Origin: Massalongia carnosa
Lineage: Eukaryota
Assembly (NCBI GenBank): GCA_965645245.1
Contig: OZ287081.1
Location: forward strand, 1,116,001-1,180,000
Direction: 5' to 3'
DNA: 64,000 bases
Shown piece by piece: positions 1 through 9,649 of the stretch. Made by a program: the position numbers and the translations under genes. The stretch's first letter is position 1, and each line of letters starts with the position of its first letter. Under the pieces are notes generated by a model. That model did no database searches and was not told where the DNA came from. It saw only the letters and a list, made by a program, of their open reading frames with translations.

Positions 1-108
1 TCACAATGTCGGCCCGCGATATTGACTACTTTTAACGCGTTCAAGGCTATATTTCTGTAACGGTTCGACCAAGCGTGGTGCGGACGGCAGGACCTACAGC
101 GAATATAG

Positions 109-3057
109 TATGGTGGGCGACATGTGTCATCTATGGTCAGATGACATGGCAGGCCTGTGTGGGTATAAAACGGTTTTTTTGCTGGCGTTTTCTTCATCAT
201 CTCCAGACATGATCTTCTATCACCTACGCTGTTATCATCATCGTCGTGTCACGTAGTCATCGATACACGTTTATTTCGTGCATCAACTAGTCGTTCAGTC
301 GTTCAGTCGTCGAGTTGTTTTCATGTCTATGCAGTCGTAGGTCTATTCAGACGTTTGTGTGTGTGTTCACTGCTCAATTCGCTATCTATCATCACGTACC
401 ACCACCTTCCATTAGCACGCACGACTACCCTTCCACATTGGTGACCATGGTGCGATATATAATTGTACTGGTGCAATTGAGCGGTTGAACTGAGCATCAA
501 ACGTCGAAAAACCTCCTTATTTTGCACCTCTAATCACTCTGACTACTCCACCTCCGACCGTGCGCGATCGAGTCCTCCCACATCAAATCAAGCATTATGG
601 CCCCCATCAGCTTTTTCACCTTTTCGACCTCGGCTTCCGCTACCGTTACCGTTTCACCGACTGCATGCGTTCCAGACGTCCATTTTTAGGAATGGCTAGT
701 TGTTCTATTTACTGCACTGATGGCCATGTCCTCGTGTTTTACCGTCTGCATTTGGGCCAATGCGACCGTGTCCGAGAGTACTAGACCGACCTCACGTTCT
801 CCACTACCATAAAAACGAGCACGTCAACGACAGCGAAACCATAATCGAGCGAGACGTGGTAGGCCTACCAAAAGAGCATCCGTTTCTGCCTCCGAGTCGT
901 TCGAGTCATTCGAGTCGTCCACTTCCACGTCCACCACTAGTGTACCAACCTCTAGCACTAGTACACCTCCATCTAAATCTTTATCTTTATTTGCTTCTTC
1001 TTCACCCAGCGCACCTATGAGCAAGCGATAGCGACATCATCTGCCAAGACAGTGCTGGTCCATCTCCGTGTCGAGGGCATGGTCTATCAGTTCATCAGCA
1101 CCGTCAGTATCGTTATCAACTGCCTCGGTTGCATTAACATGGTCATACATGAGCATGGAGGAATTGTTCGCGAAATATGGGGCACAAAAGGCCTATGTGG
1201 CCCATAAAAACTGTCCAGAATCGCTGCCTATTTGTCTAGCAGTCGCCGTGTCACCACCGGTCACTATTTCTGCACCGTCTGCACCGTCTGCACCGTTCAT
1301 GTCTGCACCGTCCACCGCACCACCGTCACCCGTCACCGCTTTTCGTTCTGCCGTGTCTTCGACACCTGTCATCACCGCTATCGAGTCAGCTGACACTGAG
1401 TCAGGAATTGAGTCATCTACACGTGGGCCGGAAGGGCCAAAATCAGCAATTTTACGTTCAGCACCTGGTTCTAGCACTGAGCTAGCGCGGGCCGGGGAAA
1501 GGCCGACCACTGAGTCCGCTGCGTCTACTGTCACTGCGTCTGCTGACACTAAGTCAGTCATTGAGTCATCAAAAAAGGGGCCGGAAAGGCTAAAATCAAC
1601 TTCATTTCATTCAGCCTGTGAGGTTAATGTGGAGCTAGCTATGGCCGGACGTCTTCCGGACGTCAGCTACGTCGAAATTGACGACTATTTAGCACCTTCT
1701 CGTTCAAAATTACCGTCCCGTTCAGCGTCATCTTTTCGTTCAGCACGTTCATCACATTCAGCGTTATCATTCGTTCAAACAGTGACCTTCGTTTCGTCAA
1801 ATGTCGATGAATATCTGTCTACTTTGCCGCTCATTCAGTCATCTATCTCTCGTCGAGCACTAGGGTTTTTTTATTTGCAGGCCTCCACCTGGATAGTTCC
1901 TATGTGTCGACTGTCTAGCCTTCTGCTTTCGGAAGCCCTAAATCAACTAGCAGGTGCTGATAACACGAAAATATTGCTGCACACTGTCGTGGGTCGAGAG
2001 ATTTTGACCGAGTTGCTAACAAAAGTGAAAGAAATTCTCGCACGGTCATCAGCTAGTGACACCGTGTCAGCCAATCGGGTGAGGTCTTTTCCACCTCCAT
2101 GTAGGTCAGGGCCATGGCAGTCAGACCGAGCTAGGCACGCACGGGCTAGACGTGCAAAACGTACGCGCTGGACACTACCTGCACCTCCGGCTTCATATTG
2201 CTCCACTCTATTTGACAGGCCCGGCATATCTAATCAGTCAGCGTCAGCACCAGCATCGTCAGCATCTCCGTCGTTATTATCAGCCCTACCAGCTGCACCA
2301 CCGGTTGATGCCTTGCCATTACCTGAAACGTTCACGTCGTCAACATTTGAGGCCTATCGGGCGAGCGGTTCGTTCATTCCACCTTAGGCTAACTCTATGC
2401 AGTCGTCCGGATCACCGTCAAACGACCTATTAGTCAGTCAACAACGATTTATTCAGTTCGTATCCACCCCCGAGGGCTGGCAGGCAATAGTGACGATGAT
2501 GGAGGCTATTCAGCAGTGGATAGTGGTCGATATGAGTCGTGTTTTTCATATGTAACGTGATCATGTGAGCTGTGCTTGGCCCGCAGGGCAGACTAGTGAG
2601 GGGGACAGACTAGAGGCGAGGCGAGGGCTTAAAGACGAGTTCTGATGGGTCAGGAGAGGCGAGCTGGCGAAGTGTTGACAGATGCCAGGGGACGGCATCT
2701 TTGGGGTATAAGGCTATGTGGTGGGGCGACATGTGTCATCTATGGTCAGGTGATATAGCAGGCCTGTGTGGGATAAAACGGGTTTTTTGCTGGCGTTTTC
2801 TTAATCATCTCCAGACATTATCTTCTATCACCTACGCTGTCATCATCATCGTCGTGCCAAGTAGTCATTGACACACGTTCATTTCGTGCATCAACTAGTC
2901 GTTCAGTCGTTTAGTCGTCGAATTCATTTCATGTCTATGCAGTCGTAGGTCTATACAGACGTTTGTATAAGTATGTGTGTATGTGTTTACTGCTCAGTTC
3001 GCCATCTATCATCACGTACCACCACCTTCCCTTAGTACGCACGACTACCCTTCTTTA
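109..3057 (+). mobile_element. Non-autonomous LTR retroelement (about 2.95 kb; LTRs 109..437 and 2717..3057)
   Basis: Two diverged direct repeats of about 330-340 bp (T[A/G]TGGTGGG...ACTACCCTTC); TGGTGACC PBS-like sequence after the 5' LTR; G-rich tract before the 3' LTR; apparent ATAG duplication at 105-108 and 3058-3061; no RT or integrase motifs seen. Confidence 0.8.
1068..2387 (+). CDS. Ser/Ala/Pro-rich ORF of unknown function inside the LTR element
   Basis: 439-aa open frame with an internal ~153-bp duplication (about 1389-1497 vs 1542-1650); no recognisable domain; start uncertain. Confidence 0.35.
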   Translation: MSRAWSISSSAPSVSLSTASVALTWSYMSMEELFAKYGAQKAYVAHKNCPESLPICLAVAVSPPVTISAPSAPSAPFMSAPSTAPPSPVTAFRSAVSSTPVITAIESADTESGIESSTRGPEGPKSAILRSAPGSSTELARAGERPTTESAASTVTASADTKSVIESSKKGPERLKSTSFHSACEVNVELAMAGRLPDVSYVEIDDYLAPSRSKLPSRSASSFRSARSSHSALSFVQTVTFVSSNVDEYLSTLPLIQSSISRRALGFFYLQASTWIVPMCRLSSLLLSEALNQLAGADNTKILLHTVVGREILTELLTKVKEILARSSASDTVSANRVRSFPPPCRSGPWQSDRARHARARRAKRTRWTLPAPPASYCSTLFDRPGISNQSASAPASSASPSLLSALPAAPPVDALPLPETFTSSTFEAYRASGSFIPP

Positions 3058-3697
3058 ATAGCATTAGTCCCAGTTATAGTAGAATTGAGCTTAGTCTGCG
3101 GACTAAGTATTGTGCCTTTTGGTCGGGAAGGACAGGTGGAGCAATAGTAGAATTCTAATTACTATATAGCTTCGTCACAATTTCGATTATTGAATGTCAA
3201 AACGACGGATAATTTGATCTTGTTATGATGATCACGTGCTAGCCATCTGGGAATATCGCATAATTACATGTTCGAATTGAACTTTCGAATTTCATCCTGC
3301 AAATATTGCATGTTTTCATCAAATATTACAATATTTACACCGTGTGCGACGACTTTGAACCACGATTCGTCCTTTCGAATTATTCGTGGGTCAAATAAAT
3401 GCTCCCATATTGATTTATTGTTCAATAAATCTTCAGCAGTGTTTTCAGGATTAGTAGGCAGAACGATTTTTTGACCCGTTTTGGATTTTCGACCGTGTTA
3501 ACAACGATAGTCAATTTCGGGACTATAAAAAGCGAATTTATTTGGTTTCGAAGCAACAGTGAATCGATATCGCCGATTTGAGCTTTCGGTGTGATTATCA
3601 ACCGTCGAGATTTGTTCGCGTTGAAATCGTCAGTATTATCGAATTTATTCGCATTCAAATTGTTGTTATTATAGTAGTTTTTTTTTTGGATCGAGGA

Positions 3698-4235
3698 TGT
3701 AAGAATCAGACCTGGCGACTATCAGACACCAGGCCTAGGGATATGTGACAATGTGAAGACACTAATGATTTGCTATACTAATATACTAAAAGAAGTATGT
3801 AGGTAAAGCGGAAGACTAATCGTTGAAGATTGCATCTCCCTCGAGCAGCCTCCTTATATACCCGGACCGAAGCCCTTGACCCTCTGGGCCCTTGATACTG
3901 TAACTATCTTGACCGACCATTACTCCTACCGGATAAGCCGGCTAAACACTCTGCTGACTGCATCGTGGACACTGTGCTGACTGTATCGTAGATAGTGTGC
4001 TGACTGTATCGCAAACACTGTGCTGACTATATCGTGGATACTGTGCTGACTGTATCGTACCATCCGCTCACTAATCGTACGAGCATCCTCGTATATCTCG
4101 ATCGCTCGTACTATACTCTCGGCAGTAGATACCAGCCGCGTAACGCAGACCAACTGCTTTCTATATGATTAAGCCTAGCCGTAGAACTAAGCCCCGCTTA
4201 GTTAGCTTAGCCCTTATTCCTTCTATGCCCTGACA
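3698..4235. mobile_element. Solo LTR (538 bp)
   Basis: TGTAAG...CTGACA termini with TSD GAGGA at 3693-3697 and 4236-4240; internal tandem CTGTGCTGACTGTATCGT-type repeats at about 3950-4060. Confidence 0.85.
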
Positions 4236-4375
4236 GAGGAACGGTAGTCCAATTTTCGGAATTGACAGTCGCTTTTCCGAGCATTTGGCTCCATGTTCTA
4301 GCTGTGTCATTGACCTGCGGCCCCGGGACCCCGGCGGTTTCGCTCCGAATTGCTGGGTTGACGTTTTTAGTCAAA

Positions 4376-4468
4376 TTCGAATTTCTATTTGAATTTCCAT
4401 TTGAATTTCCATTCGAATTTCCATTTGAATTTCCATTCGAATTTGCATTTGAATTTCCATTCGAATTT
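4376..4468. repeat. 12-bp tandem repeat (TT[C/T]GAATTTCCA)n encoding (NSNG)n on the minus strand
   Basis: Visible array of about 7 units within the LINE ORF1 remnant. Confidence 0.9.
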
Positions 4469-6039
4469 GTCTTTATATGTCGCACCGATTGTCTCTTTAT
4501 TTATGGAATTTTGCTAGTTTGTTCTAGCACCCTATTCAATTTCCAATTAATCATTTTTAACGTTGCTTTAGACTTGATCGATTTCTTTATCAGTAGAGAA
4601 TTGACGTAATCAATGACAATAGCTGTTTCGGGGTTTTGATCTAGTACGAATGACTCCAATAATTCATTTTTTGCCGCATTCAATAGTTGAATCAATTTTG
4701 TTTGATTGATGACTTCTTGACTTTCATTCGAATTGTCGTCAAATGTTCGCCTTTTATTGCGTTTAATTGATGGACTCAGTCGAATATCAGAATTCAATGA
4801 TGGTATGGGCAGATTAATAATGAATTTACCAGATGGCGCGACAAAAGATTTCGCTTTTAGGGTGGGTGTGGACGGTGCGGACAAAAATTCTCGCGTTTGG
4901 TCCATGGCCTCCATGGTCTCTGTCACGATTCTACTCGGCCCGACCTCGGCACTCGGCACCGCCTAGGGCAATCGTAGATGGAATACGCAGGCACTTTCGA
5001 TTTCGTTCCCGCAGCTACTAGAAGATTCTATGAAGACTATACCACATGGGTACTAGCGCGGTAGAGGATATATAGGAGCAGGTTCTGGTTGTCGATTGTC
5101 TTTTCTCTTCTTCATCTTTATTGTATTCGTTTCTAGTGTCCCTATGACTTGTCTCTAGGTAGATCATAACAGACTCTACGGTTAAGGGAATGGTCCCAAT
5201 TATCGCTACCGAAGATGGCGCAGGGGAGTCGGTTCTGGGGACACCCGGAGGCGTAATCGGGGGGCCCCATAGATATTTCGGAGGAGGGCCTGGGGGTGGA
5301 GTTGTTGGTATCAATCGATTTGGTCTATGAACTATCGGGTTAAACCTTCAATTGAGCATAGTGTTTTTTTTTTCCCTTTGCAATATCCCTTTTATCGCCA
5401 CCAAATAATTTATTCTGACGTTCCCCGGACGTACTAGTCAGAATAGAATTTACACCTGTTTACTAGTCAAATGACTCTTTCTTTCCTATCCCTATTTATT
5501 TGACTATAACGCGTCAAATAAATCTTAATCGGGTTAAAATAGACCGTTCCTCGCTAAGGCAGTAAGTCTGATTTAACCCTTTACCAGATACTACAATAGG
5601 TGAAAATAATAAAAGTTTTTTTATACTTTTTTTCAATAAAGATAGATTTAATGCAATTTAAGATAATACGAGACTTCCTATTCTGATTATTCTGAAACAG
5701 GACTTTTGGTATAATCCTACGAGACTGTGCCATCTCAGACCTGAGATTAATTTGCTACTACTTTTCATTTGCTTACTATTTGGCTTGCTATTTTTTCATG
5801 CGAATCTTAAAATATCTCGGATATCTGCTCCGGACCTGCTCCGCTTCGCTTTGCGACGGCCCTGCGCCATCTTCTTGCCACCCGTCAAGGTATCTGTCAA
5901 AGCATCTTTCAAATAGTCTCCCAGATAGCCTCCGCTGATTGTAATAAGGCCCCACATCTCGCTCCTAAATAGCCTTCAAATAGTCTCTGCAGCTTCTCAA
6001 ATAGCCTCCCTTTTTCCCCTGAAAATTCCACCTCGACAT

Positions 6040-7295
6040 TTTTTTGTCTGCTACTTAGAACACCATTTATCTACCATATAGACTACCTTTTGTCAATTAT
6101 CCAAACCATCTCTTGATCACCGTCCTGACTACCTTTTGACCACAACCCTGATCATACTTTGATCGTCACCCGTATTACTCTTTTTCTACCCTCCACACTA
6201 TCTTCTGTCTATCGTCCAGAGCAACTGACAGATCATCGTCCAGACTACTTTTTAATCATAACCCAGATCACCTTATGTCTATCATTCAGACTCTCTTTGA
6301 CAACTATTCATATCATCTTTTGTCCATCACTCATATCATCTATTGACCAAAGTTAATATCATCTTTTGTCCACCTGCAAGACTACATTTTGACCATCACT
6401 CAGACCACCTTTTGATCACTATTTAGATCCCCTTTTTTCACCTCCCATATCATCTTTTGTCCACCTGTCAGATCATCTTTTGTCAATCGTCTATATCATC
6501 TTTTATCAATCGACTATATCATCTTTTATTCATCGTCTTGACCAACTTCTGATGATTACCCAGACCATCTTTTGTCTACCACTAATAACCTTTTTTTCAC
6601 CTGTCAGGCCAGCTTTTGTTCATTACCCAGAGCACCTTTTGTCTATTGTCCAGACCACCAATTGACTATCTTTTGACCACCTTTTATCCATCATCTAGAC
6701 CACCTTTTGTCCACTACTAATATAACCTTTTGTCTACCTGTCAGGCCATATTTTGTCTACCCCTCATATTACCTGTTGATCATTGTCCAGACCATCTGCC
6801 AGACCACCTGCCGGACCACCTGCCAGACCACCTGCCAGACCACCTTTTGTCCACCTGCCAGACCACCTTTTGTCCACCTGTCAGACCACCTTCTATCCAT
6901 CCCTCATATCAACTTTCGATCATAATCCCGACCACCTGCCAGACCACCTTTTGTCTATCACCCAGACCACCTTTTTTCTACCTGCCAGATCACCTTTTGT
7001 CCACCGCTAATATCACCTTTTGTCCACTAGCCAGACTAACTTTTGTCCATCACTTATATCACCTTTTGATCATCCTCCAGACCACCTGCCAGACTACCTG
7101 CCCGACAACCTTTTGTCTATCACCCAACCACCTAGACCACCTTTTGTCTATCACCCAGACAATCTTTTGTCTATCACCCAGACTACCTTTTGTCCACCTG
7201 CCGGACCATCTTTTGTCTATTACCCAGACCTCCTTTTGTCTATCACCCAGACTATCCTTTGTCCACCTGACAGACCACCTTGTATCCACAACTAA
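6040..7295. repeat. Degenerate C-rich minisatellite (12-bp CCAGACCACCTG and ~23-bp CCAGACCACCTTTTGTCCACCTG units)
   Basis: Recurrent CAGACCACCTTTTGTC motif over about 1.25 kb; cleanest at 6787-6890. Confidence 0.85.
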
Positions 7296-7970
7296 AATCA
7301 TTGAATAGTCAGTAATTAATGATAATTGAAATAAATTATAAAATAGATGAAGCAGATGATGAAGTAAATGATAAAGTAGCAACGCGTTAACAAAACAATA
7401 ATATTGTTGACATAATCGACACTAAACTATATCAGGTCAACGTTAAACCGAATCGAAGTTTTTTGCAAGTTCGTTAGACGGACGGATTTAGCGCGGTTTT
7501 CGGCAACATCAAAACATGAAAACCTCAAATAACGACCACCTCTCACGGCCCACAACGGGCGTAAAAGAACGTAATTTTCGCGATACGGATTGATATCCAC
7601 AGGATCAGTTGATCTACCAAGTTTGACGAAGTGAAACGGTCCGGTACGGTGGAGGCAAGAGGGGAGTTTCTGGTCCTGTCCGCATGACGTCCTCTCCGCA
7701 TTAAACGGTAATTCAGTACTATATAGAATTCCAGACGTTTTTCCCCTTCTTTTCAGTGATCTGTTGACCGGCCGTTCAACGAAGATCGATAAAGCCAAAA
7801 ATGGAATTTGCAAAATTTTTACGTGAAATATACTGTGAAAATTTGTGCTTGCGGAAGTTCCCGTAACCTTAAATGAGGAATGAACTTTAGAAGACTTTGA
7901 CGTCGCGACAGTTGTTGTACAGTAACGCGAGAGTAAATATTTTTTGTAGATAATTCATATAGTAGTAATT

Positions 7971-8242
7971 TGTTGAAATAGGTATATGACTATAGCTATA
8001 TAGCTATGTAATAATAAAGGTATGTATGACCGTGATGTTAAGGAGGAAGAGTTGTTATGCAGCAATCTTTTCCTATTACTGGTCACCCTTCTAAGCGAGG
8101 TGATCTTATCTTATCTTGGGACTAAGCTTAATGCGGCATCTACGGTTTCCGTAGATGATTTATCAACCTAGGGCAGCCGTCGGTGCTATATTCATTGAAC
8201 TGATAGGTGTTTATTGTACTGGTAGGAATTGGATATTCAACA
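7971..8242. mobile_element. Copia-type solo LTR (272 bp), related to the LTR at 11739..11974
   Basis: TGTTG...CAACA termini; TSD TAATT at 7966-7970 and 8243-8247; shares ATGACTAT.GCTATAT, GATGTTAAGGA and TGGTCACC blocks with 11739..11974. Confidence 0.88.
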
Positions 8243-8404
8243 TAATTGAGGGTCTTGCGACAACAGAACAGAAGAAAACAAGAAAAAGAGCGATTTTTGG
8301 TAATGTTGTTGGTATTTGTTGTTTTTCCCAACTTCTAGAGCGCGCTTTATCACGTCGGTCGCGTGCGACCAGCAGAAAAACTCTGCTGGAGCTTTGCTAG
8401 AGCT

Positions 8405-8971
8405 TGTAACGGTTCGACCAAGCGTGGTGCGGACGGCAGGACCTACAGCGAACATAGCAGGTCCCAGTTATAGTAGAATAGAGCTTGGTCTGCGGACTAA
8501 GTATTGTGCCTTTTGGTCGGGAAGGACAGGTGGCGCAATGGTAGAAATCTATTCACTATCTCGCTTCGTCACAGAATACTTAGTCGTCAATCGGTGTACT
8601 TGTCGTGAGTTCGATTCCTGACCTGAGTTCCTCGCTTTTTCGCCTTGCTTCGACGGACTGAAGCTAGGACGAAACGGGAAAGCGTTGGATGAAAACTCTC
8701 TAAGTCGGATCGGCGAGGGCGGTACGCTAAGAAGAGCCCATTCTTCGGGGCTAACTATAACTGGAAGCGGCTAGGGGCTAGCCGCAGCTAGACGGGCGGT
8801 AGTGTAACGGTTCGACCAAGCGTGGTGCGGACGGCAGGACCTACAGCGAACATAGCAGGTCCCAGTTATAGTAGAATAGAGCTTGGTCTGCGGACTAAGT
8901 ATTGTGCCTTTTGGTCGGGAAGGACAGGTGGCGCAATGGTAGAAATCTATTCACTATCTCGCTTCGTCACA
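8405..8971 (+). mobile_element. TRIM (miniature non-coding LTR retrotransposon), 567 bp
   Basis: Two apparently identical 169-bp LTRs (8405..8573, 8803..8971; TG...CA), 229-bp internal region, purine-rich PPT AGACGGGCGGTAG, TSD GAGCT at 8400-8404 and 8972-8976. Confidence 0.95.
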
Positions 8972-9649
8972 GAGCTCTCCTGCACTCAATCTGAGAGCGT
9001 TTTTGCTCTGGAGGAGCTCAAATGACTGAGAAATAGAGGCTCAATTGACTGTTAAAGTTATTGAGTATCAGAAGTTGCGGTAATTATGTTTCGATAGGTG
9101 TCCGTCGAATGCGCCACAGCCGGATAATTTTACTTCAAAGATTTTGACGTGACGACAACAATTGTACAGTAACGCGACAGTGAGTGTTTTTTGTTGATGA
9201 TTTCGGTGATAAAAACTGAGGTCTATGCGACAATAAAATCGAAGAGATATCGAAAATTGAGCGATTTTTGATAGAATTGTAGATGTATTTTGTTTTTTTG
9301 TAAATTTTAGGGGCGTTTTTTGGAGTGATTTGGATAGCTCTACTGTATCTAATTCTGGTGCATTTTTGCTCAAGATGGGTAGAAACTAATGCGAAAGTTT
9401 CAGAGTATCAAAATCGACGGTACTGTTGCTGCTTCAGTGCGGTGTCTCTGTACTTAGTTGGCTATTTTTGCGTCGGTCGCATACGCCCAGAGGAAAACTC
9501 TGCAAGAGCTTTGCGGAAGCTCTCCCACACTCAATTTAAGTGCGTTTTAGCTCTAGAGAAGCTCAAATGACTGAAAAAGATAGGATCAATTGACTGTAGG
9601 AGTTATTGAATATCAAATCATGAGTTATTTATGCTTGACAAAAAATATC

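Larger units (their letters stand above)
56..3179 (+). mobile_element. Solo LTR of the 169-bp TRIM family, split by the 109..3057 insertion (pieces 56..108 and about 3058..3179)
   Basis: TGTAACGGTTCGACC...CTTCGTCACA matches the LTRs at 8405 and 8803; TSD ATTTC at 51-55 and 3180-3184; more diverged than the other copies. Confidence 0.9.
3185..5000 (-). mobile_element. Degenerate LINE (Tad1-like) ORF1/gag remnant
   Basis: Minus-strand fragments (TWSQMLGK...NWTTV; RRLIITP; SWFKVVAHGVNI; PRWL) resemble fungal LINE ORF1 proteins; stops and frameshifts; interrupted by solo LTR 3698..4235. Confidence 0.6.
7890..9615. repeat. Diverged tandem duplication (copy 1 about 7890-9070 carrying two insertions; copy 2 about 9135-9615)
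   Basis: Shared blocks TTGACGT...TTGTACAGTAACGCGA and CGTCGGTCGC...AAAACTCTGC...GAGCTTTGC...GCTCAAATGACTGA...CAATTGACTGT...AGTTATTGA. Confidence 0.75.

Noticed and set aside
6707..7382. Overlapping repetitive ORFs (PDHL, TTCQ, ARPP repeats)
   Set aside because: Open frames are by-products of the minisatellite in several frames
8316..9025. Repeated peptide VRTAGPTANIAGPSYSRIELG (also at 21258-21809)
   Set aside because: Translation of the non-coding TRIM LTR, not a gene
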